Positions 27,957 to 38,900 of a stretch of 64,000 bases of DNA are shown here, in pieces. Each line of letters starts with the position of its first letter. Within the stretch, counting starts at the first letter, position 1. The notes under the pieces are model-generated. The model was not told where the DNA came from, searched no databases, and saw nothing but the letters and a program-made list of their open reading frames with translations. The position numbers and the translations under genes are program-made. Source of the DNA: a virus; IMG/VR virus record IMGVR_UViG_3300021513_000001, positions 1 through 64,000 of that record; one strand, 5' to 3'.

Positions 27957-30900
27957 ATGTCAGTATCTCTAAACACAAATATTGATAAAATTGTTTTCAC
28001 TTCACCTAATATGCCAAGCCCAAGCCCAGCAGGCTTACGTTCGCACATAATACCAACACAAACAGATTTAGGTACCTGGTATGAATCAGGCGCAACAATG
28101 ATCAGAGTTGCTTTTGCACAAAATATTTATGATCTCTCATATAACACTGGAATAGACAGACCTGTTTTTGGTATATCAGGCATAGTTACCTCAGATACCT
28201 CATTTGTAGAAAATCAAACAAACATAATATATGTAAATACAGACCAAACCTGGTCACTATCTCTACCAAGAAATGCTTATATAGATGACAACAGCTGGTT
28301 TGTAGTAACAGATATTTCAGAATATGATTATGCTGACTCTCCACCAAATGAAGACTCTTTTTTAAAAAACAGCTTTACATCTTCTGGTACTTTAAACTCA
28401 ACAAGAGATATAATAATAAATGGCTGTGCTACATATATGGAACAGTACAATTATATTTTTAATACAAACCAACTATACAAATATGATCCTTCTACAGAAC
28501 AATATAACTTAGTATCTCAATGTCCTTATAATATAAGTTACCCAGTAACAATGCTTGGCGTTAGTGGAACATTACACATATTTTATCTAGACACAGAAAA
28601 CAGCTTAATAAAAAACATACAATATAACACGGATACATCAACATGGAATACTAAAAGCAACCACGAATATTATTCCTCTGCTTCCTCATTAACCGCTTTA
28701 AAAGCCGTTTTTTTAGACGATACAATAAAAATTACACTAAAATACAGTGAAAACTCTGTTCCCCCAAACTTATATATTTATAGTTATATTCCAACTTCTG
28801 ATTCATGGAGCAGCACTTTTATAGCAACATGCGGATACTACAATCTTAATTTTAATAATGCAATTATAGAATGTAATAGCACACATTTATTTTCATTAGA
28901 AAGATCATCAAAACTCCTACACAAAATAGACCTTGATACAAAAACTGATGATCAAATGATTATAAAATATGAAACTTCAGACAAAAGTTCTTCAATATTA
29001 AAAGATAATTATTTATATACTTACATTGAAAATTCTAACAAATTTACAAAAATAAACATAAATACAAAAGAAAATTACATCCTTACATCGCCAACAATAT
29101 CAGGAACAGATGCAACAATACCAAACGAGTCTACTACATTATCTACAAACGGCACAGACTTGTTTTTAAGTCTAAATAAAGGCGTTAGTTGGGATTCTCA
29201 AACAAATTTATACAAATATAGTATAAGCGAGGACTTGTGGTCAGAAATAAATGTTCCAAAAGCAGGTAGCGTATTCTTTAATGGAAAAATGTGCAAATAT
29301 GAAAATAATATATATGGAACTGATGATGAAAATTTATACAAATATGATACTACAAACAATAAGTGGGTTGTACTTACAACGTTACCAAGAACAGATGCTT
29401 TTGATTCAATAATAGCAGCAAACTCTACACATATATATATAATAATATCAGAATGCGGTTATTTTTGGAGATATGATTTAACAACAAGTACTTGGGAAGT
29501 ATTACAAAGCATTTCTTTGCCTGCACCGCTATCTTATGAAGGAACATGTCCAGGAAGTTTGCTTATAGATGGTAATATTATATATTTAGGTTTATATTAT
29601 AATTATGTATTATCTACAAGAGACACTTTTTATTATAAATATAACATATCTGAAGGAACCTGGTCTGCTTATGTAGCCCCTAAAACTAGTACAAACAGAT
29701 CATTTTATATGTTATTTTATAAATCTGGAAGTGATATACATTTAGCCGGGGATATTTCATACACAGGAAATCCAGTAGATACATATACATATAGAGATCA
29801 TAAATGTACAAGTTTAGAAAACAATACTTGGGAAGTTAATAAAGCAGTAACTATAAATGCTATAAGCCAAGAAAAATATATATGTATGTACGGTCAATAC
29901 TATTTAAATAATAAAATTTATATTAGTTTTACAACAGCTACTAACTTAGGTTTTGTATGTAGTGGGCCAACATGTAGACAAATAGATGTATCAACAGGAA
30001 CGTCAGATTACTGGATGATAAACCCGATAGACAAACATTACATAATATCTGACCCAAACGATGTCAATTTATATTGTGCTTCAGTAACTAATGGAATATT
30101 ATACAATTACAGCACAGCTTCTGGCACAACAACAAAACTTTCTGTACCAAGAAAATCATTTGTAAATTATTATATATGTAAAAACGGAAGCAACGACTAC
30201 CTTCTTGGGAAACAGGAAATAGAATACGATCCAGATCTATACAACTATAAATTTTATGTATACAAATATAATACGGGATCTTGGGATGAGTACGATGTTA
30301 AAGAAATAACCTGTACCTCTGGGACTTTAAAATTAAACACAATACAAGAATACTATAATCTAGACAATACTGTGTACATGGCCTCTTTTATAAGAAATAC
30401 TAAAAATTTAGATGTTTCTGAAGCAAAACATAAAAAATACAACATACCAAACAAAATACTTGATGATTTCTCTGCTCCGGAATTAACAACCTCGATAACA
30501 TCATCCGGAACAAATTTATTTCTAGCAATAGGAAATACAATTAAAAAATATTACACAGAAACAGAAAATACAGAACTGTTTCAAGAAGGTATAGCAGGAA
30601 ATAGATCATCTTCTTTTCCATACACTTACAAACACAATGGAAAATTAAGAGTTACAGGAAACCAATATTTTACACCTACGGACGGTGGAAAATTTATAAC
30701 GTATGAAGAACCAACAGGAAGTGGGAACTGGTCAATTGTAGATTCCAAAAACACACCCTCTTCGTTATACAACACTTTAGACTATGCAGAAAAAAACAAC
30801 GAACTATATATAATAAACACAACAGAACAAATAATTTTAGATTTAAACACTTTAAATCTAGAGTATGTAGCTAACGCCCCTTACTCAACACTGTGTTCTA

Positions 30901-32546
30901 CAACTTCTTCTGGAATTATAGTATATAACGATCACTATGCATGTCCAACTTATGTATATTATAATAATACTTTTTCTGAAATTCCAAGTGACACTGCAAA
31001 AACAAACAAATCATCCAACCTATTATTCATAAATAATAAAATATACTTTACAAAAAACAGCGTAACAAATGAAATTTCTCTAATAGACACTGTATCTGGA
31101 ACAAGTTCTATAATATATGACAATAAAACAGTTGGAGAAACTCCGTTTTTATTTAGTGTAAACAATACAGTGTATATATTACAACCTGAGTATAAAACAT
31201 TATCAACGATAAGCGGTAGCAACATTACAACAATAAAAAATAACTTAGATATTGAAGAACATACATTTGCCTGCTCAGATAACACAGATACAATATATTT
31301 TGCAAAAGGAAAAAATTATTATTCTTTTTACAAATTTGTTATAAGTAGCGGAACAGTAACACAACTAAACAATATACCAGAACATGGAACAACGCATTCT
31401 TCTCTAGAGTTTTATAACAACAAACTTTATTATATAACGTCAAATAGATTATATTTGTATAACATTTCAACAAACAATTGGGACTCTTCTACATATTTAC
31501 CAGAAGAAATATACTCAAAAGGAATAAAAATAGACGAAAAACACATATATTATTGTGGTAATACAAGCATACGCCGTATAAATAGAAACCATCCAGAAAC
31601 AAACGGAGCGGTCTTTTCTCCTATTCCTTTTAGACACCACTCTTCTTGTTACTTTTCTGGTACAGATATTTATTTACATTACAACACAGAAAATATACCT
31701 TTTGAATGTACCGCTTTAATAGGAAATGAAAATATAACAACATTTAATTTAAACAACATTAGTCATCTTTTGCCATCTGCTGTTCCTTATAACTTTAATC
31801 TAATATCAAATATAGAAAAAGAGGTTGAATTCACTTGGGAAATATCATCTACCATGAACATAACACACTATAGAGTATATAGAAGTGAAGCTGAGACAGG
31901 ATTACGCAACTACATAGGAAAAACTACAACGTTGTCCTTTAAAGACGCCCTTTCAGATAGAGGAAAAACATACTACTACTTTGTTAAATCTTGCAATGAG
32001 TATGGAGATTCTGATTCGTTCTCTTCTCCATACGAAATAACAGTAGCAGGAAACTCATATAAATATGCGCTAACAGTTAGCAGCTGGGAAAATAGAAAAA
32101 AAGAAATAACTCAGCTACCTTCATCTGGTCTTTATATTTGGGGAAATAGTAACTTAACTTTTGAAAATACTGTTAGAATAAATATAACTTTTGGAGAAAT
32201 ATACAATTGTTACTTAACTGCTTGGGACGATTCATCGCATACCTCTACAAATAATATCTTACTTTCAAACGAATGCTATAGAATAGCCGCTGTAGCTTTT
32301 GCAACCAAAGAAGATACCACACTTACCGAGCCAGATATTAAAGCGATGTACTATAAACCAGAATTCAATAAAATATTAAAAGGAAACGATAGCTATTACG
32401 GTAAATTTTCAATAAATTATGAAGCTTTGCCAAATAGATATGGCGCATATGTTATATTTAAACCAATACTAATAAATATACCAGAAAGCCAACTAAACAA
32501 GGGTATTTATGAATTTAAAACTGCTTTTCATTATCAATATACTTAA
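27957..32546 (+). CDS. large Kelch/beta-propeller protein with FN3-like domain, probable virion protein
   Basis: Repeated LYKYD/YN-x4-W blades; HYRVYRS...TYYYFVKS FN3 signature. Confidence 0.75.
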   Translation: MSVSLNTNIDKIVFTSPNMPSPSPAGLRSHIIPTQTDLGTWYESGATMIRVAFAQNIYDLSYNTGIDRPVFGISGIVTSDTSFVENQTNIIYVNTDQTWSLSLPRNAYIDDNSWFVVTDISEYDYADSPPNEDSFLKNSFTSSGTLNSTRDIIINGCATYMEQYNYIFNTNQLYKYDPSTEQYNLVSQCPYNISYPVTMLGVSGTLHIFYLDTENSLIKNIQYNTDTSTWNTKSNHEYYSSASSLTALKAVFLDDTIKITLKYSENSVPPNLYIYSYIPTSDSWSSTFIATCGYYNLNFNNAIIECNSTHLFSLERSSKLLHKIDLDTKTDDQMIIKYETSDKSSSILKDNYLYTYIENSNKFTKININTKENYILTSPTISGTDATIPNESTTLSTNGTDLFLSLNKGVSWDSQTNLYKYSISEDLWSEINVPKAGSVFFNGKMCKYENNIYGTDDENLYKYDTTNNKWVVLTTLPRTDAFDSIIAANSTHIYIIISECGYFWRYDLTTSTWEVLQSISLPAPLSYEGTCPGSLLIDGNIIYLGLYYNYVLSTRDTFYYKYNISEGTWSAYVAPKTSTNRSFYMLFYKSGSDIHLAGDISYTGNPVDTYTYRDHKCTSLENNTWEVNKAVTINAISQEKYICMYGQYYLNNKIYISFTTATNLGFVCSGPTCRQIDVSTGTSDYWMINPIDKHYIISDPNDVNLYCASVTNGILYNYSTASGTTTKLSVPRKSFVNYYICKNGSNDYLLGKQEIEYDPDLYNYKFYVYKYNTGSWDEYDVKEITCTSGTLKLNTIQEYYNLDNTVYMASFIRNTKNLDVSEAKHKKYNIPNKILDDFSAPELTTSITSSGTNLFLAIGNTIKKYYTETENTELFQEGIAGNRSSSFPYTYKHNGKLRVTGNQYFTPTDGGKFITYEEPTGSGNWSIVDSKNTPSSLYNTLDYAEKNNELYIINTTEQIILDLNTLNLEYVANAPYSTLCSTTSSGIIVYNDHYACPTYVYYNNTFSEIPSDTAKTNKSSNLLFINNKIYFTKNSVTNEISLIDTVSGTSSIIYDNKTVGETPFLFSVNNTVYILQPEYKTLSTISGSNITTIKNNLDIEEHTFACSDNTDTIYFAKGKNYYSFYKFVISSGTVTQLNNIPEHGTTHSSLEFYNNKLYYITSNRLYLYNISTNNWDSSTYLPEEIYSKGIKIDEKHIYYCGNTSIRRINRNHPETNGAVFSPIPFRHHSSCYFSGTDIYLHYNTENIPFECTALIGNENITTFNLNNISHLLPSAVPYNFNLISNIEKEVEFTWEISSTMNITHYRVYRSEAETGLRNYIGKTTTLSFKDALSDRGKTYYYFVKSCNEYGDSDSFSSPYEITVAGNSYKYALTVSSWENRKKEITQLPSSGLYIWGNSNLTFENTVRINITFGEIYNCYLTAWDDSSHTSTNNILLSNECYRIAAVAFATKEDTTLTEPDIKAMYYKPEFNKILKGNDSYYGKFSINYEALPNRYGAYVIFKPILINIPESQLNKGIYEFKTAFHYQYT

Positions 32547-32557
32547 ATACTAGCAAA

Positions 32558-32607
32558 AAGGGGAGAGCGTTTCTTACAAAGGCTAAGGTCTTTGAGCTTT
32601 TGACGCT
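32558..32607 (+). promoter_or_regulatory. structural analogue of the SD-hairpin leader
   Basis: AAGGGGAG, then stem AGCGT...CAAAGGC-TAAG-GTCTTTG...ACGCT, then 10 nt, then ATG 32618. Confidence 0.5.
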
Positions 32608-32617
32608 AAAATTTTTA

Positions 32618-32854
32618 ATGAATACTATTAAAAAAGAAAATTTAAAAAAAGCATTATCAACAACTATAACCGTAGCCTCTCTTATGGAAATATTAGCACA
32701 ATATGATGGAAGATTTCCAGTATGTTTTATAGATAAAAAAAATAACATGCTGCCTATTACAAAAAAAGACATTGCTATGAAAAAAATAAACATACTACTT
32801 CCTAATCATTCACATATTTTTGATATAGCAGCTTTAGTAATTAATAAAAACTAA
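32618..32854 (+). CDS. hypothetical protein
   Basis: 78-aa ORF from ATG 32618 (the track starts it at TTG 32600). Confidence 0.55.
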   Translation: MNTIKKENLKKALSTTITVASLMEILAQYDGRFPVCFIDKKNNMLPITKKDIAMKKINILLPNHSHIFDIAALVINKN

Positions 32855-32904
32855 ACTTTCTGTTTTATTATAGTAAGCACTCTAATATTGGAGATAATAA
32901 TACC

Positions 32905-33792
32905 ATGTTTAATTCTATAAAAATACAAAACACATTAATCAAGGGCGGTTGGATACCACAACTTCCAGATATTCGAGACTACACGATGGAAAACCCGAAA
33001 GTTTTTAAAGCCTACCAACGCGCTGGTATTTTCTGCGGAGATGACGAGGGTTTAACAATACCGCCACAAGTAGATATAAGTGAATTTGACAGTCCTATAG
33101 AAAATCAGGGCTCCCAAGGAACTTGCACAGCCAATGCCGGAGCTTCTTTATTAGAGCATTTAGAACGTAGAACATATGGTACTTATATAGAACATTCAAG
33201 AAAATTTTTATATAAAATGTCCAGACAATTACTTGGTCTAACTGGAGATGTTGGATCTACAATTCCGGCTACTCTTGGCTCTATAGTAATATTTGGTATG
33301 CCGCCAGAAAAATACTGGCCTTATACCAAAGGTGTTGATGACCAGCCTACTGCGTTTGTACATGGTTTAGCACAAAATTACCAAGGAACAAGCTACGTAA
33401 ATCTGTCTAAAACAGGTACAACTACAGCACAAATTTTATATAATATGAAAGTAAATTTAACTTCAGGATTACCAGTAATCTTTGGATTTTCTATGTATTC
33501 ATCAATAACCACCTGTGATGATGGCTACATAAAATATCCACTACCGGGTGAAACAACAGAAACAGGCCACTGTGTTTTAGCTGTCGGATTTAATGATACT
33601 GTTGAAATAAACAATGGAAGCTATACTTCTGTTGGTGCTTTTTATATAAAAAATAGTTGGGGAACTGGTTGGGGAATTAACGGGTACGGCTGGTTACCTT
33701 ATGATTATATTACAAACGGTATAGCTACTGACTGTTGGGTATTAATAAACAGCGAATGGATAGAACTTGGTCAATTCGGAATTTACCCCTAA
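32905..33792 (+). CDS. papain-like cysteine peptidase (C1A)
   Basis: QGSQGTCTANA (Gln, Cys); GHCVLAVGF (His); KNSWG (Asn); GWIPQLPDIRDY N-terminus. Confidence 0.92.
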   Translation: MFNSIKIQNTLIKGGWIPQLPDIRDYTMENPKVFKAYQRAGIFCGDDEGLTIPPQVDISEFDSPIENQGSQGTCTANAGASLLEHLERRTYGTYIEHSRKFLYKMSRQLLGLTGDVGSTIPATLGSIVIFGMPPEKYWPYTKGVDDQPTAFVHGLAQNYQGTSYVNLSKTGTTTAQILYNMKVNLTSGLPVIFGFSMYSSITTCDDGYIKYPLPGETTETGHCVLAVGFNDTVEINNGSYTSVGAFYIKNSWGTGWGINGYGWLPYDYITNGIATDCWVLINSEWIELGQFGIYP

Positions 33793-35936
33793 TTAGGAAC
33801 AGCGGATATATTACATTTTATATCTTGAATTCCACTAAAAACGCTTGTTCTTGATTTATGCAGAACATGATTAATACATGTTCCCATAAAAGATACAGAC
33901 CCAGATTTTAAATATGTAAACGGAGAATCTGAATATATAGGTTCTTTTACTATACCTTCTATTTTTGCATTTAGTTTTAAGTTTTTAACTACTGGTTGAA
34001 TTTTAGCTGTAAGTCTTTTGACACCAACTTTTCCTGATACCTTTAAAAGACCGTATCTTATAGCAGAATCAGTACTATCAAAATATAAATCATGTCTTAA
34101 ACTATACTCATAATTAAGACCTATATTAGAATTACGCTTAAACAAAAATGAAATTATAGGATCATTATAATTTTTAGAAAATACTTTACCATCTGAATAA
34201 TAAAGAGGTTTTTCTATATTTAAATAAACATCAACATAGTCAGACCATCTTTTTTTACAATCTTCAATTTCAACAAGCTCCTCAGTTAAAACTTTTTCAT
34301 TACTTCTTCCGTGTATTATTAATAATTTAGATCTTATAGTCGCACCTAAAGATAAATTATGAGGTTGTGCTTTTAGTAAAGCTTTTAAATTTGTCTGACC
34401 ATTAATTATTTTAAATGTAATATTTAATAAATTCTTAGAAAAAGCAGGCTTATATCTAACGCAATCAGAAATAGAAGTAGACATTTTAAAAGATAAAAAC
34501 TTAAACAACATGCTATATTTATTAGAATAATTTATTAGAACACCGAGGTTTTTTGTCCCACTATACATAACTTTAATTCCGTTTATTAATGCTTTCAAAT
34601 CATAAACAGGTATCGATAATATAGAAGACATTAAAGATTTATATGCTGATCTTGGAGTTCTTAATGTACACAAAGAGAATCCAACATATGCTCTAAGGTC
34701 AAAAGTATTAGCCGTACTAAACCTGTAAAACTCATTAAATATTATTTCCTTTACTTTAATATCCGCTTTTAAATCTATAGTTCCACCAGTAGATATTATG
34801 CTCGCCATAAGAGAAACGGCGCCTATAGAAAAAACAGATGATATTAAATCAAGACTTCTCCAACCAGATACTATCGCATATAAATTTTTATTTTGTTTTG
34901 TTCCAAACAAACCTAAAATATCTGCATCTAAATTCTTATACCCGCCACCGGATATTATCTTAGCATTTAAATACTGCGGCAACGTTTTAGAACTTATCAC
35001 TGCATAAAGATCTCTATTTGCCCAACCTACAATTGAACCTTTCAACAAATAAATAGGATCACATACAATAGTTGACACAAAATTAGAATAACTACGATTA
35101 AAACAATTAATCTTTGAAGTAATATCAAAAATATGCTGATTAACTATACCAGCTGATAAATTATAACTACCAAACTTAATTGTTTTAATAATAGTATGAA
35201 GATCTTTTGGATAATGACCCGCTATAGTTACAAAAAGACTACGTTCTTCTCTTACTGCTATTTTTGCTAAAAGATCAAAAACAGCCCAACCCTGTAAACT
35301 CGCTAACAAATCTTTATAAGGCCACACTTTAATATATGATGATAAATCCTTTGGCAGCACTGCTTTTATATTAGCACTTATGTATTCTTCAACATAAGGT
35401 TGAATTAAAGTATTTAAATCTATATCATCGTAATACCAGCCTCTTATTATACCTTTATATTGGTCTGTTCCTTTTCTACTCGCCCTTAAAGCCCCTATTA
35501 AATTTAAAGGCTCAATCATGTCTATGTTTGTAAACAAATCTACGCTATCTGCCTGTTTCCACATTCTTAAAAAAGAGTTTAAATCAAAAAAATCTAACAT
35601 AAAATTTCTTATAAAACTTTTTAAATTTTTTTCTCCAAGTAAAAAAGTATTAATATAAGCTCTAAGATTTTCATTAAAAAACAAATCTTCAGACACAATA
35701 AAAGCATTAAGATCTTTAATTGTTTGTTCAAAACTTCTTAAATTAGCTGCTAAATTTAATGGTTGCCCTGTACTATATCCAACAAATAAAATCTTTGTAA
35801 GTTTTTTAAGCCCCTTAGAAGTTCCAATTATTACATTTTCTACTTTCCATAGACCGGTTTTATGCTCAGCACAAGCCCTATCTTTTGGGTTTACAGCATC
35901 TATTAAGCTTTTTAATATACTCGTTCCGCTAGACAT
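33789..35936 (-). CDS. repeat protein ((D/N)LxAxI motif), probably structural
   Basis: About 15-20 copies of a (D/N)-L-x-A-x-I motif. Confidence 0.7.
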   Translation of the reverse strand: MSSGTSILKSLIDAVNPKDRACAEHKTGLWKVENVIIGTSKGLKKLTKILFVGYSTGQPLNLAANLRSFEQTIKDLNAFIVSEDLFFNENLRAYINTFLLGEKNLKSFIRNFMLDFFDLNSFLRMWKQADSVDLFTNIDMIEPLNLIGALRASRKGTDQYKGIIRGWYYDDIDLNTLIQPYVEEYISANIKAVLPKDLSSYIKVWPYKDLLASLQGWAVFDLLAKIAVREERSLFVTIAGHYPKDLHTIIKTIKFGSYNLSAGIVNQHIFDITSKINCFNRSYSNFVSTIVCDPIYLLKGSIVGWANRDLYAVISSKTLPQYLNAKIISGGGYKNLDADILGLFGTKQNKNLYAIVSGWRSLDLISSVFSIGAVSLMASIISTGGTIDLKADIKVKEIIFNEFYRFSTANTFDLRAYVGFSLCTLRTPRSAYKSLMSSILSIPVYDLKALINGIKVMYSGTKNLGVLINYSNKYSMLFKFLSFKMSTSISDCVRYKPAFSKNLLNITFKIINGQTNLKALLKAQPHNLSLGATIRSKLLIIHGRSNEKVLTEELVEIEDCKKRWSDYVDVYLNIEKPLYYSDGKVFSKNYNDPIISFLFKRNSNIGLNYEYSLRHDLYFDSTDSAIRYGLLKVSGKVGVKRLTAKIQPVVKNLKLNAKIEGIVKEPIYSDSPFTYLKSGSVSFMGTCINHVLHKSRTSVFSGIQDIKCNISAVPN

Positions 35937-38900
35937 TTATCTTCCAATAGAATCCAAGGTAATAGGAACAAAATCAGAAAAACTACCATCAGTTAAACTT
36001 ACCAAAATAACATCATTAATTTTTATTTTATTATTTAAATCAAATTCAAGTAATCTAATCCCAGCAACGTCTCTATAAATATAAACTACATGGTTATTAT
36101 TTATATAAACATGATAACAGTAATTTGACACAGGAGCAAAGTCCTTTAATATACCTTCAATCCCGACAAGATTAATCCTAAACTCATCAAAAACGTCATC
36201 AAAAATATAAAAACCAGATGAAGAACTAACAACAAGAAAATCACCATAAGAAACATCAGTTATTTTTTCACTAATAGTCAATATAATTTTATCATCTTTT
36301 ACTCTTTTTATATAATTATCATAGACAACTAATACATCATTATTGTAATTAAACAAACCATTAGCTTTTCCACAATAACACACCTCAACACCATCTGTTA
36401 TATTAATTATTTTCTCATTAGATAAAATATATATTTTAGAATTACACTGTATAACAGATTTAATAACAGAATCACCACTATATACAGGAATAACTTTACG
36501 AACAATAACCCCATCTAAAATATCTTCTAAATATTTTATTTGAACAAAACCAAGCGACTTACCAGATGCTATATAAACATTATCATCCGAAACTAAAATG
36601 TCATTTACACCATTATCAAAAAGCCAATACTGTTTCATTAAATTATCATCAAAAATATTATTTATTTTTACTACTCCACCAATAGTTCCAAGTAACACAA
36701 AATTATTTAAATATTTTATCGTAGTAATATACTTCAATTTATCTATATTTGATATATTTTCTAAACTATACTCTATTTCATTGTCTTTTGTTATACTGTA
36801 TAAACCGCCCACACCGTCATATGCAAAATCAGAGCACCCAGTAAAAGAATGTAAAACATAATCTAAAGTATCAACATTAATTTTTATAACTTTTTTTAAT
36901 AAAGCCCTAGAAAAAATAGAATTTTCTTCAACGGAAGATACTTCACAAATCCTGTCACTGCCTATAAAGTAAAAATCATACAACCTAAAAAACCTCGTAA
37001 GTGGATTACTAGGAGATGAATAAAAAGTTGACGCTATTTTAAAAGTAGTATTATCAACATTATAATACTTATCCAAATTTACAACTTCATCATAAAAATT
37101 CTCATTAACTTTAGAAGTTATATATATAGAATAATCATAATTAATTGATACTAAAGACCCGGATTTATTTATATCGAAATATAACATATCACCAACAAAA
37201 TTTGAAGCCCTATTATTCAAAGAAATACCAAAACCTACATACACCTCGCTCTCTACTACATCAATAATACCATAAAACGGAATTCTTTTATAAACACCAT
37301 CAACAAGAATATCAATATAAGTATCGCTCACATAAATAGCAACAAACACCCACCCACCAACATTAATAGATGTGTCTAAATCTAAAACAGAATTTATACC
37401 ATTCTGCCCAAATAAAAATTTTAATTCGCGACCATATAAAGCTAACCCATAAGAAAGTTTAGATTTAGTTGATTTAGAAAAAATTGGATTAAATTCTTCA
37501 ACAGAAGTTAAACGCAATACAAACTCTGCACTAAAATTATATACCGGAGTATCATTAAACTCGTTATTTATAAAATAAGCATTCCCATCAAAAGTCCCAA
37601 AAACAAAACCGTCTTCAATTCTATGTTTAACCCCGTTTCCTAATCCACCACGAAAATCATAAGCAAATCTGGATGAAGATTCTATATAATTTTCTAATAC
37701 TTTTGTTTTTCTTTCCTTTAATAATTTAAAATTATCACTAGAAACTTCAAAACAAAATTTTATTCTTGATAAATTAAATAATGAACTTTCAGAATGGTAC
37801 AACCTACACGGAGATATTCCTAAAAACCCGGCCAAACTTTCTGCAATGCTAATGGAAACAGGTTCATAAGGATAATTTATAACCCCATGCCTTCCAATTA
37901 TAAACTTATAAGTATACTCATATGGATTTTGACATAACAAAACATAGTTTAATTCCACAAGTATATCAAATAAATTTACAAATACATTGCTTTCGTTTTG
38001 ATATTTTATATCTAAAAACAAATCATAAAAACTTCTAGTAATATCATTGTAATATAAAATAGAAGACATACAAACATCTTCTGCATAGGCAGAGCTACTT
38101 CCCCACTCACTAGTACAACAAGCTATAGCTTTATCACTAAGTATAGAGTTAGCATAGGTATCTCCAAGTACTACATCGTTCTTTTCGTCATACCCAAATT
38201 CACCAACAAGTTGTATTTCATTGTTAAGAGAATCAATAGAAAATTTACCTAAATTATAATAACCAACATTAGTATTTTTTCCAAAATAATCACTTACGTC
38301 TATAACAAAAGCACTTCCATTTACTAACTCAACATAGGTATTTCCATTATAAATACAGGAATTACAGGCTTTATTACCTGATAAAAAAATTTTTCCATAT
38401 AACTCCTCGTTTATTTTTACAACATTTCCTGGTAAACCTACTAATTCTCCCGAAGCTGGAATATCTATTAAATTTGCAAAAACATTATCATTAAATTTCT
38501 TTAAATCTAAAACAGCACTGCCAGCACCAAGAATTTTAATTAATTTAAAAGAAGTTGTTTCATAAATATATAAACCATCATATGTTCCAACAAACATTAA
38601 TCCGTTTTCATATAATAAATCAGTTACTCCAGCAGCATCTATGTAAGTATTATATTCAGAAAATGTTTTAGGATCTCTAACGCCGTTTTTATTTAAATCA
38701 CGCACTACCGTTTCATTTACAAATGACCTTGAAATAAAACACTTTCCTCTAATAAAACCCTTAAACTTATATGCAGAATAAGAATCAAAACCGTAACCAC
38801 CTATAGTAATATATTTCTGTCCTAATGTTCCTCCCGTATCATAACTAAATTCTTTTTTACCAGCTTCATTTCCATTAACATATATATAAATACCAGTACT

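Noticed and set aside
1638-32875. TATAG/TATA words in several gaps as a late-promoter motif
   Set aside because: Too low in information for such an AT-rich sequence, with no consistent spacing
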